This document shows positions 11,521 to 23,067 of a stretch of DNA of 64,000 nucleotides, piece by piece. The notes below the pieces were generated by a model. That model was given only the letters and a program-made list of their open reading frames with translations. It was not told the origin of the DNA and searched no databases. Source of the DNA: Raja brachyura (Eukaryota); the NCBI GenBank assembly GCA_963514005.1, contig OY740781.1, positions 44,888,001 to 44,952,000 of the forward strand, read 5' to 3'. Positions within the stretch are counted from its first letter, which is position 1. The number at the start of each line of letters is the position of its first letter. The position numbers and the translations under genes are program-made.

Positions 11521-14500
11521 GACTGGATGCAAGTCTGTTGAGGAACCTATGTTGTCTCTACAGGTTGAAGGTAAAATCTGCACTTTCCTAGTAGACACAG
11601 GCGTATCGATGTCTTCTCTTCAATCAATTTACAATTTACCAGAATCAAGAGAAGTTCAGAATCCGTCCAGTTTTCGAAGACAAATTTGCCAGAATCCCAT
11701 CTCGGAGCCAGTCGAGGTACTATATGGAGGAAAGGCAATCAAACATACATTTGTGATAACCAGTGGATTAGATTGCAACCTGATGGCGAGAGATTTACTC
11801 TGCGCTTTCCAACTAAAAATAGAATGTGGCGATAGAGGTGTAGTAGTGACCCCATGGGCCCTGCACGACAATGTTACACCATAGTGACCCATCAATGGTG
11901 GCCCTTAGATCTGGACGTTGAAACCCCACTTCACATTACACTGGCTTATGATAGAAGTTGAAAGAATAATGAGCTGGAACCTTTAAATAATATGAAAAAC
12001 AGTGATGGGAAATAGAAGTATTGGCACTAGTGTAGGAAAAGGGGGAGCTGCCGAATATTCTAAAATACCAGCACATTTATGGTAAAGAAATTACAGGCTG
12101 CTCCTCACATCACCCAAAAGGTGAATTTCCCGGCTAGAGCTACAGACCTAGGAAAGATGGTAAGAAAGGCAAACCCAAATAATTATCAAACGCAAAATTT
12201 GTCTAATCAATTTCTTGTTGAATTGTACCAGGTCCCAATGAAGGTTACCCACTTATGTCATCATCAGGGGAGTGAGGTATGTGAACCCTCAAGTATGGGC
12301 AGAGGACACAGCTCAGGTAGGATGCGTGAACATCAATCCCATCCGTGTAGCTCTCCAGAAAGGGGTAACACTTCCTTCAATCCAACAATATCCATTGAAA
12401 CTACATGCCATCAGCAGCATATACAAATTAATTTGGGGTTTGCTAGAACAAGGAACATTGGTGAAGTGCCAATCTATCTGTAACACCCCTATTCTTGCCG
12501 TTCCAAAACCGGGAAAGGAGGGTCAATATAGACTCGTACAAGACTTAAGAAAATCAATTCTGTTGTAGAACCCCTTCATGCCCTAGTGCCAAATCCTGAC
12601 CATATACCAGCCCAAATACTGGCTGAAGCCAAAGTCTTTTTGATAGTCGACTTACAACATACATTCTTTTATCTTCCTCTTCATGAAGATACCATGAAGT
12701 TTGCCTTCACCTTTCCAGCATCAGCAGTTCCTTCTTGAACAGGGCCAACAATATACCTGGATCAGGTTGCCTCAAGGATTTGTCAACTCCGCAACTTTAT
12801 TTGCCAGGTATCTGCGGGATCAGCTAAGTACTTTAAAGTTTAAAATTAATTCAACATTAGTGCGGTATGTTGATGACCTATTAGTGGCCAGCATAGATTA
12901 ATCCAGTAATCGGGAAGACACTGCACAACTACTAAATCATCTAGTCGATCTAGGATACGTGGTCTCCCCATCAAAAGTACTGGTAGCTCAGGAGAAAGTT
13001 ATATTTCTAGGGATTATAATTTTGGCCACTGAAGGAAGTCTTGAGAAGAGCAGACTCAAACCTATCTGGAAATTTCGAGTCCCAAAAGAAGCCAAACAAA
13101 TGAGCCAATGGCTGGGCATGGTTAATTATTGCATACCCTGGATTCCAAATACAGCTCTGGAAACAAAGGAGCTAGCACCCTATACCAGCAAGGGGGGTAA
13201 ATTTTAACTAACACAGGAGGTACAGGAAGCATTTGAGAATTTGAAAAGATCTTTGATGCGAGCCCTGGCATTTGGAAGGCCATTGTGCCACTTCAGTATT
13301 AACGCAAAAGCATGGGGATAGACATAGACCGGTTAGATATTACTCCTCCAATTTACATCCAGTAGCTAGGGGAAATCCTATTTGCACTCCAATCTATACT
13401 GCAATCTATAATATTTTACAATCGGCTGCTAATTTGACATTCCAGCAGGAAATTTTAGTGTACAGTTCACATTCGGTATCAGCATTGTTTGTTGGGGCAG
13501 CTTCAAACCCAAAATAAGTTTGCAATTTATCTGTTGACCAATCTGAAATTGCAGTTTAAACACTGTACATTAATTATCCCAGCCTCTTTTCTTATTTCAC
13601 CCCCAGAAGAGCGAGCAGAAGCAGGACACGACTGTCTATTTGTTATAGAGGAGGAAACACCAGTGAGAGAAGACTTGAGGGATGTACCCATGGAAGACCC
13701 TGACATTACATTGTATGTGGAGGGTAGTGCATCCATTGAACCACGGGATGAGAGGTTGTCTGGGTATGAAATTATTAATCAAAAGATGGAGATTGTAGAA
13801 GCATCTGCTTTTGAATCACCCTATTCAGCACAAGCTGAATTATTCGCTTTAAATAGGGCTTGTAGTAGTGGGGAAGATCTAAAAGTAAACATTTACACTG
13901 ATTCTCAATATACATTTGGGGTGGTGCATGATTTTGGACAATTATGGAAACATTGAGATTACTAACCTCTGCAGGAACCCAAATATCACACAAACAATTG
14001 GTGACAAATTTATTGAAGGCCTTTATGCTACCCAGACAAATCTCTGTAATAAAATGTTGTGCCCATAAAGGACAGACCCCAATTGACATTGAAAATTGTA
14101 ATGTCAATTTAGTAGCAACAAGAGTATCATGGGAACTTTAGGTGGTGGTACGTAGAATGATGAGGCAGACTAAACGTGTAAGTAACAAGTCCCCCTTGAA
14201 GAAATTGATGCCGACCATCCAAGAAATCGTTCAGTTACAAGAAGAGGCTACAAAGAGATAAGGAGAGATGGAGACAACTGGGATGTGTACTGGATTGTAT
14301 GACTGGGCTATGGACCACTCCAGCAGGGCAAACTTGCATGACAGACACATTGTCAGTATGGGTTATCAAGTGTATGCACTATGCAACCAAATGTGGTTCA
14401 AGAGCAATAGGGGACACACTGTTAGCTACTTGGTGATATCCAAAATTACAATCTTTTGCTCAAAAGGTAAGCAGTAATTGTCTGGTCTGCCAGAAATACA

Positions 14501-14770
14501 ATCCAGGGACTGGAAAAGGATGTGAAGGAGGGAAACACTGTTGCCTATGTGTCCTGTTGAGACATTGCAAAGGGATTATATTGAATTAGAAAGATGCCAA
14601 GAATACAAATATGTCATAGTCGATGTATTCAGCCGGTGGATCGTAGCGTACCCACCCCTTGACAGTAAAGCGGCTACTGTTGTCAAGGTGCTAATGAGAG
14701 TAATTGTCCCTAGTAAATGGCCTCCCATTCGACTTAACTCAGATAACGGTCCACACATTATTGGACAAAT
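11521..14770 (+). pseudogene. pol: ERV-A pro-pol (protease, 2H-like insert, RT, RNase H, truncated integrase)
   Basis: FLVDTG protease; YRLVQDLR, YTWIRLPQGFVNS, YVDDLL RT; SAQAELFAL and IYTDSQY RNase H; CLVC, DYIEL, IVDVFSRW, SDNGPH integrase, which ends abruptly. Confidence 0.95.
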
Positions 14771-14908
14771 ACGCCGATGAAAACCTGGGGAGTTCGATGA
14801 AATTCTGAGAAGCAACATCAACATTTCCTTGTTAGAACATTGTTAAAGTATAGCAGTCATCATTGTATTCTGGAGTTATCATTTATGATGAGGGTTATCA
14901 TGAATGAT

Positions 14909-14920
14909 AAAACGGGGGAA
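14909..14920 (+). promoter_or_regulatory. Polypurine tract of ERV-A
   Basis: AAAACGGGGGAA immediately before the 3' LTR TG. Confidence 0.85.
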
Positions 14921-15378
14921 TGTTGATATTGGCTAAATTAAAGACACCATAAAATGGAGGATCCCTGTACTTGTCAGAATTGCTTAACCCTTGTCAGCTG
15001 AACTTTACACGCTTTGATTGGCGCCAGCCAGTGTAGGCTCAGACTGATATGCAGGATGGTAAGGGGACCAGGTGTTCTTGTTTCTCTTAAATTGATAACA
15101 TGTATAGCGGTTTTGCAAACTAACCTTAAACGTATCATTTGTATTGGATTGCTGCAACAGCATTGAAAACAGTATACATAATGTTGCAAGATGGGCAACC
15201 TGTTAATTGATGATTGGTCGAACTGTTGAGCCTTGGAGAAATTGTTTGAATCTCAGGGCACATGTTTCAATGCTGTTCTTGTTTGCTTCCTTCGAGAGCT
15301 TTCTTTTTTATACAATGTATTGAGCTGCTGTAATATTGGGTTAGGGAAATGACTGTTATGTATGGGGTTGATCGATAT
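14921..15378 (+). repeat. ERV-A 3' LTR, first part (U3)
   Basis: Aligns with 7927-8378; resumes at 20714-20756 after the L1. Confidence 0.95.
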
Positions 15379-15859
15379 TTTTTTTAAAAAAGTTTTTAAA
15401 TTTTTTTTAGTGATAAACATAACAATGATATTGAGACATAGGGATCAGGATTACATTAATAGCAGGTACAACCTGATATGAGACCAATGTCAAAATACAC
15501 ATTGCCTATAGACCTCCATGTATAGACCTCCGGTCTCTATGTAAATATAGTTAAATCTTTAAAAGAAACCTTATAAATGTAGAAAAAAACACAAATATAA
15601 AAAGACAAAAAGAAAAAGAAAAAAGCAAAAAGCAAAACCCCCCTAAACTAAAAAAAATTAAAATAATAAAAATTAAATAACATTAAAAAAAATTAATAAT
15701 AATAAAATAAAACTAAAAATAAAATAAATGAAAGAAAACTAAACAAAGCAAAACAAAATCTGAACTAAAAGTTTCAACAATTTAAGTCTGTATAACGTCA
15801 AGTCCGTTCCACCATATAAAAGTGAAATAGATTTTATAACGGATAAAGAGGGAGAAATT

Positions 15860-18800
15860 TATATTGTATGAAAGTGTTCAATAAATTTTCCCCAAGTCTT
15901 ATCAAATTTAACCAAGGGTTCAACAATGTCACTCCTAATTTTTTCTAAATTTAAACATGATATTGTTTCAGAATACCACTGGAGTGTGGTCGGAGGGTTG
16001 GAGTCTTTCCATTTAAATTAAATAAATCGTCTGGCGATTAATGTGGTAAAAGCAATCAACCGATGGGCGGAGCGGGACAAATGAATAGAATATAACATTG
16101 GTAGCCCAAAAATTGCAGTAATAGGATGAGGTTGTAAATCAGTACCTAAGACTACAGAAATAGTATCAAAAATGTATTTCCAATATTTTTCCAAAAGTGG
16201 GCAGGACCAAAACATATGGGTCAGAGAGGCCATTTCAGAGTTACATCTGTCACAGGTAGGGTTTATATGACCATAAAAATGAGCCAACTTATCTTTTGAC
16301 ATATGAGCTCTGTGAACCACCTTGAATTGTATCAAAGCATGTCTTGCACATATTGAAGAGGCATTGACTAATTGAAGAATCCTCTCCCATTTCTCTATAA
16401 ATAAAGAAGTTTGGAGTTCTCTTTCCCAGTCATTCTTAATTTTATCAAATGTATCTATTTGCAATTTCAAAATCAATTCATAAATAGTCGCTATTAATCC
16501 TTTCTGATACGGGTTCAGCTGTAAAAAAAATCCCAAAATTTTGGTTTGATGTGGTAGCGGAAAAAGGGGTCGAGTACCCTTCAAAAAGTGTCTAATTTGT
16601 AAATATCTAAAAAAGTGTGAATTAGGTAAATTATATTTATTGGAAAGTTGTTTAAAAGACATAAAACAACCCAGCAAGAACAAATCACGAAAAGCAACTA
16701 AACCCTTCCTTTTCCATAACAAAAAGACTTGATCAGTACTTGGTGGTTGAAAGAGAAAATTGGATAAAATAGGACTCCATAAGATAAAATCATTTAGTCC
16801 AAAAAACTTACAAAATTGAAACCATATTCGGAGCGTATGTTTTATTATTGGGTTAGCCATATATTTATTCAATCTAGTAATTGTGAAAGGAAACGGGGCC
16901 CCTAGAATAGTGGCCAAATGATCGCCCTTGTCAGGAATCATGTTCAAGGTTTATCCATCCTGGGCATTGGGTATCTTCTAAATCTTTTGTCCAAAATGTT
17001 AAATAACGAACATTGGCTGCCCAATAGTAAAATCTAAGGTTCAAATATTAGGGGATTTCCTAATAGTGGTGGCTAAAGTTTCCAAAGCAATATCAAATAG
17101 TAAAGCACTTAAGGGACAACCCTGTCTAGTACCTCGAAAGAGCCTGAAAAAAGGGGATTCTGATTATTAGTAAATACAGAAGCCTGAGGTATATGATATA
17201 TCAGCCTGATCCAAGAAATAAATTTTGGACCAATCTTAAATTTTTCAAGTGTATTGAATAAATAATGCCATTCTACTCTATCAAACACTTTCTCGGCATC
17301 AAGTAAGATTGCACATTCTGGGGTTTTATTAGACGCTGTATATACAATATTCATTAATCTCCTAACGTTAAAGCATGAGTAACAATTTTTAATAAAACCG
17401 GTCTGATTTTCAGAGATAATTTGCGATAAAATCTTTTCCAATCTCATAGCTAATATTTTGGAAAGAATTTTGAAATCTACAGTTAACATTGATATAGGTC
17501 TATATGATGACACTTCAGTAGGGTCTTTATCTTTTTTAAGAATTAAATAAATAAAAGCTTCATAAAAAGATTGTGGTAATCTATTCTTTAAAAGGGCTTC
17601 TTTAAATACCTTACGTAGCCATGGAGACAATAAATTTGAAAAATATTTTAAAAATTCTACTGTAAACCCATCTAAACCGGGAGCTTTACCTGAATTCATT
17701 GAAAAGTTTGCTTTCTGTATTTCTTCTTCCGTGATGGGTTCATCTAATAACGGAGACTCATTATATGGTAAATTTGGTACGTTCAGTTTCTTTAAAAACT
17801 CATGCATTATATTGGATTCAGTAGGAAGATCTGATTGGTATAGGGAGGTATAAAATTATTGAAAGGATTTATTAATTTCGTCATGGTCTACAGTTACTGT
17901 ACCATCCCGTTTTCTCACTTTAGTAATCTGACGCTTGGCCGGCACCGCTTTCAACTGATTAGCAAGTAATTTACCAGAGTTTACGCCATGTATATAAAAT
18001 TGACTTTTGGTTTTATGTAACTGGTTCTCAATCGGTGATTCTAATAACAAATCATGTCTCATAGAAACATAGAAACATAGAAAATAGGTGCAGGAGTAGG
18101 CCATTCGGCCCTTCGAGCCTGCACCGCCATTCAATGTGATCATGGCTGATCATCCAACTCAGTATCCCGTACCTGCCTTCTCTCCATACCCCCTGATCCC
18201 TTTAGCCACAAGTGCCACATCTAACGCCCTCTTAAATATAGCCAATGAACTGGCCTCAACTACCTTCTGTGGCAGAGAATTCCAGAGACTCACCACTCTC
18301 TGTGTAAAGAATGTTTTCCTCATTTCGGTCCTAAAGGAATTCCCCCTTATCCTTAGACTGTGACCCCTTGTTCTGGACTCCCCCAACATCGGGAACAATC
18401 TTCCAGCATCTAGCTTGTCCAACCCCTTAAGAATTTTGTAGGTTTCTATAAGATCCCCCCTCAATCTTCTAAATTCCATCGAGTACAAACCGAGTCTATC
18501 CAATCTTTCCTCATATGAAAGTCCTGACATCCCATTATTTGTCATTTGGGTTAAAAAATCTCCAAACTTCTAACATTCCAGAGTCAAGTAGAAAATAATT
18601 AATCAAATTAGCTGATTTATTTGGAAGCATATGATCAGATGTAGACCTTTTTAAACAACAGTTGAAATCTCCACCCATTATTAAAAAGTGTTCATTTAAA
18701 TTAGGAAAGGATGCAAGTAACTGTTTAACAAACTCAGGGTGATCAATATTTGGTGCGTAGACATTCACCATAGCAACTTTTTGCATGTAAAGAACACCAG

Positions 18801-19091
18801 TAGTCACCAAAAATCTGCCATATGGATCAGAAATTGTTTCATTGTGAACAAACGGAATTGAGGAGTCAATAAAAATAGAGACTCCTTTCATCTTAGCCTG
18901 TGAGTTTGAATGAAACTGCTGTCCTCTCCACAACTTAAAAAATCGTAAATTGTCATCTTGCCTTACATGGGTTTCCTGAGCAAAGATAATCTGAGCATTT
19001 AGTCGGTGAAGAACTTTTAAAAAAAATTCCCGTTAATGGGATGGCTCAAGCCATTCACATTCCATGAAAGAAAATTAATAACTTTATTCAT
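15860..19091 (-). pseudogene. L1 ORF2 (APE endonuclease, RT, CCHC), disrupted
   Basis: MNKVINFLSWNVNG start, AQETH, NVYAPN, GGDFN, KAPGLDG, YRPIS, DAEKVFDRVEW, QGCPLS, CDRC..HMFWSC. The YADD region is deleted near 17040 and a CR1 replaces part of the EN-RT linker. Confidence 0.9.
18060..18533 (-). mobile_element. CR1-type LINE 3' fragment nested in L1
   Basis: GMSGLSYEERLDRLGLYSMEFRRLRGDLIETYKI..TRGHSL; (CATAGAAA)n microsatellite tail at 18060. Confidence 0.92.
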
Positions 19092-19622
19092 ATTGCTTGT
19101 AAAAATCATGTGGGATGTAATGGGTTAATTTCTTGAAGCCTAAAAGTTCATGATACAGGAAGAAGAAAAGTCTAGGGCGGAGCCAGAAGTGACGACATTT
19201 CAGACATTTTTGTAGTTCAAACTTTGCACAAATGGAAAACACTAAATAGGGAACCAAGGACCCCTCCCCCCCACCCCCCTCCCACCCCTGTAAAGCCCCA
19301 AACTGAACAATAGACAGTCAGCAAGCTACCTAATCCCATCCTCGAACCCATCTTCCCTAGTAACAGTGCTCGGCATAAAGATAATAATATTTAACCACTC
19401 CTAATCAAAACACATTCCCCATTATCTCTTTGAGAGAGAAGAAAAAAAAATACAGACTGACATGAAGTTAACAAGCGAAAGCTACATATTATTATCCAAA
19501 GTCAGGATATGAAAAACAAGAACTGCGTACTCTTAGTTTGTCTAATGGCAGGGGAACACAAAATTAACAAAGAAATTCTTAAAAGAATATATCTAAAAGA
19601 AAAACAACGTCCAGTTAAATTC

Positions 19623-20480
19623 TTAATCATTAACAAACGAAATATTGTCAAAATAGAAACAGTAAATCTCCAGTAATAACTTAATCAATTGGTGCCCTTC
19701 CTCCTCATAGCTCTCAAGAAAGCTAGAGGCATCTTGAGGATTGTTAAAAAATCGAAAATTACCGTTGAAAAGTTGAATACGCAATCTAGCTGGGTATAAT
19801 AAAACTGGCCGTAGCTTTTTCTTACACAGATCAGACATTACATTATAAAAGGACTTTCTTATTTCCAAAAGCTCATAACTATAATCAGGGACACACCGAA
19901 ACTTGCCTCCTTCATATTCAACAACACCCAACTTTTTTGCTGCCTGGAGAATATTCTCCTTCATTTGCCAAAAAGAAACTGAATAATCAAATGTCTCGGT
20001 TTATTACCGGATTTCTTCCCAATCCTGTGAGCGTTATCCAAAAACAGAAGGTTTTCATTGTGCTCAATGTTAAAAGTTTCCTTTATCATTTTAGAAGCAT
20101 ATTTTATAACATTATCTCCTTCTTGACCTTCCGGCAAACCAACAATTCGTAAATTCAAACAACGGCTTCTGTTTTCTAGGTCCATGTTTTTAGCCTTGTA
20201 TTGCTGAAGTGCTCGAGTGTTTTCATTCATTCTCCGTTCCAGTTTTTCAATCTTCAAATCTCTCTCCTGTCCCAGGGTTTGCAAGATATCAATTTCATCC
20301 TTTTGTTCACGAAGTTCATCTTGTAACAAAGACTTGGACTTCCTTCAATTTTGTTGAAACTCCTTTCACCATTTCTTCCAAACTGCCTTATTTTCATTTC
20401 ATTTTTCAGCTCATTTTTCAATTCATCGTTCATTTTCAATATTGCTTCTATGATATCAGAAGGAATCAGAAGCTGCAACT
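19623..20480 (-). pseudogene. L1 ORF1 (coiled coil plus RRM/CTD), frameshifted
   Basis: DLENRSRCLNLRIVGLPEG, AHRIG..PRHLII, PDYS, LLYPARLRI motifs. Confidence 0.9.
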
Positions 20481-20756
20481 GTGGTTGTGGCTTTCCCCTG
20501 TTCCTTCCTTGGGGAGCCTCCCTTTCGTCTTGTCTCCATCCTTTTCACGATTAAGGCGTGTAAAAGTGTTATCAACACTTTATAAAAAGTTAGACGGTGT
20601 CTTCAAATCAAATAGTCACGAGTAACATTGAAAGAGTGGTGACTGGAAGTTAAAAGTTAAGGGAGCAAATGAATTTGCAACCTATACAGCATGCTGCCAC
20701 TAGGAGAGTCCTAATCGATATCTGTAATTGGATTATTAAGAGACCACCCCCATGTG

Positions 20757-22369
20757 AATTTTTTGAGGATGTAACTAGGAAAATGGATAAGGGAGAGCCA
20801 GTGGATGTAGTGTACCTGGACTTTCAGAAAGCATTTGATAAGGTCCCACATAGGAGATTAGTGGGCAAAATTATGGTACATGGTATTGGGGGTAGAGTGC
20901 TGACATGGATAGAAAATTGGTTGGCAGACAGGAAATAAAGAGTAGGGATTAACGTGTCCATTTCAGAATGTTGGGCAGTGACTAGTGGGGTATTGCAAAG
21001 CTCGGTGCTAGGACCACAGCTATTTACAATATATATCAATGATTTAGATGAAGGGATTCAAAGTAACATTAGCAAATTTGCAGATGACACAAAGCTGGGT
21101 GGCAGTGTGAACTGTGTGGAGGATGCTATGAGAATGCAGGGTGACTTGGACAGGTTGGGGGAGTGGGCAGATGCAGTTTAATGTGGATAAATGTGAGATT
21201 ATCGACTTTGGTAGCAAAAACAGGAAGGCAGATTACTATCTAAATGGTGTTTAGAATCTGGGGGTCCTTATTCATCAGTCAATGAAAGTAAGTATGCAGG
21301 TACAGCAGGCAGTAAAGAAAGCGAATGGTATGTTGGCCTTTATAACAAGAGGAGTTGAGTATAGGAGCAAAGAGGTCCTTGTGCAGTTGCAAAGAGCCCT
21401 GATGAGACCACGCCTGGAGTATTGTGTGCAGTTTTGGTACCCTAATTTGAGGAAGGACATTCTGGCTATTGAGGGAGTGCAGCATAGTTTACAAGGTTAA
21501 TTCCCGGGATGGTGGAACTGTCATATGCTGAAAGAATGGATCAGCTGGGCTTGTATATACTGGAGTTTAGAAGGATGTGAGGGGATCTTATGGAAACATA
21601 TTAGATTATTAAGGGTTTGGACTAGAGGCAGGAATGTTCCCGATGTTGGGGGAGCTCAGAACCAGGGGCCACAGTTTAAGAATAAGGGGTAAGCCTTTTA
21701 GAACAGAGACGAGGAAACACTTTTACTCACAGAGAGTTGTTTTTTTTTGTTAAATATTTTTATTAAAAGTAGGTACATATCAAAATAAAGATATACATGT
21801 CATATACATTCTTAATATTATTAATATTAACAGTTATTTCTAATTTGTACTTCTATGAATTTTTCATTTTTTTATATAGATAGGAAATATAAGAGAAAAA
21901 TAAAATAAAGATAGATTCAGAAAAAATGAATGAAGTATTAACCAGTTTGTACATCATTGGAGATATCATGGGTTATTATATGTAAATCTTCGTCTATTTC
22001 TTCGTTCAGGCATCAGTTAGCTTCTCGCACCGAACCACATTGACCCTTTAAATATTCAATAAATGGAGACCATATCCCTCTGAATTGATCCAACTTGCCC
22101 AGAAGGACAAGTCTTAATCTTTCAATCACAGAGAGTTGTGAGTGTGGAATTCTCTGCCTCAGAGGGCGGTTGAAGCCAGTTCTCTGGATACTTTGAAGAG
22201 AGAGCTAGATAGGGCTCTTAAAGATAGCGGAGTCAGGGGATATGGGGAAAAGGCAGGAACGGGGAACTGATTGGGGATGATCAGCCATGATCACATTGAA
22301 TGGCGGTGCTGGCTCAAAGGGCCGAATGGCCTACTCCTGCACCTATTGTCTATTGTCTATTGTCTATTG
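20757..22369 (+). mobile_element. 5'-truncated CR1-type LINE at the point where the ERV-A 3' LTR ends
   Basis: [43 protein letters not shown]; (CTATTGT)n tail. Confidence 0.93.
21741..22125 (-). mobile_element. Short L1 3' end (second family) nested in CR1
   Basis: 14-bp TSD TCACAGAGAGTTGT at 21727-21740 and 22126-22139; poly-T; minus strand ERLRLVLLGKLDQFRGIWSPFIEYL resembles an L1 ORF2 C-terminus. Confidence 0.88.
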
Positions 22370-22382
22370 TTTGCAGGGTGGT

Positions 22383-22490
22383 CTCTCTTTTTCTCTTTCC
22401 CTCTTTCCCTCTTTCCCTCTTTCCCTCTTTCCCTCTTTCTCTCTTTCTCTCTCTTTTTCTCTCTCTTTCTCTCTTTCATCCTCTCCTCTT
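22383..22490. repeat. CT-rich simple repeat (CTCTTTCC)n/(CTCTTT)n
   Basis: Seen directly. Confidence 0.9.
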
Positions 22491-22494
22491 GCTT

Positions 22495-22895
22495 GAATGC
22501 CTGGGTTTTATAAGGAGTAGGCAGGGCTGACCCGGAGCGTGTAGGGACTTTGACAAGCAGGCCGAGCTGTCGGCGAGTGAGAGGGATGTCAGCGAGAGTG
22601 GAGGGCGGTCGGAGCCAGAGTCCGTCAGAGTCCCGGCCCGCCAGTGTCCCGGGGGTTGGTGGAAAACGTGGCACTGAGAACAAGGAGGACACAGCATGGG
22701 GGGTTGCTCAGAACAAGGATGGACTGAGGGAGGATGGGGGGGGGGGTGGGGGAGTTGTTGGGGGTGAAGGAAGAAGGACCATATTGAATTATTTTGTAAC
22801 TTTGTTGGCACCCTTTACATGACGACTTTTGCATATTTATACTATATACAAACAAAGAATATCACTGTACCAAGTACACGTGACAATAAAGTATT
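22495..22895 (+). mobile_element. Unclassified GC-rich non-autonomous retroposon with Rex/Babar-like 3' tail
   Basis: Ends in gaatatcactgtaccaagtacacgtgacaataaa, a stem-loop plus AATAAA also seen at 41225-41256 and (minus) 5168-5200. Confidence 0.5.
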
Positions 22896-23067
22896 AATAG
22901 CTTGCCCAATCAATATCAACTCTCTTTCTTTCTCTCCTTCTCTCATTCATTCTCTGGCTAAAATGCCAGCTATTACCAATAATGCTAGGGATTGGCCTCT
23001 CCTGTCCAGTCAGCGATAGGGATCAGTGCTACATCCAAGGGTGAGGGTACTGCCACAAATGTTTCAC

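Larger units (their letters stand above)
15379..20713 (-). mobile_element. Near-full-length LINE-1 with internal deletions, inserted in the ERV-A 3' LTR
   Basis: Poly-T at 15378; TSD ATCGATA(T) at 15371-15378 and 20714-20721; ORF1 and ORF2 remnants on the minus strand. Confidence 0.95.
7927..20756 (+). mobile_element. Endogenous retrovirus ERV-A (epsilon/gamma-like, class I), env-less, 3' LTR disrupted
   Basis: LTR-PBS(Pro)-gag-pro-pol-PPT-LTR order; integrase follows RNase H; YVDD; see sub-features. Confidence 0.95.

Noticed and set aside
11515-11530. TGA-CTG as a gag-pol read-through stop
   Set aside because: Not in frame with the protease in this copy; the junction cannot be resolved without a consensus.
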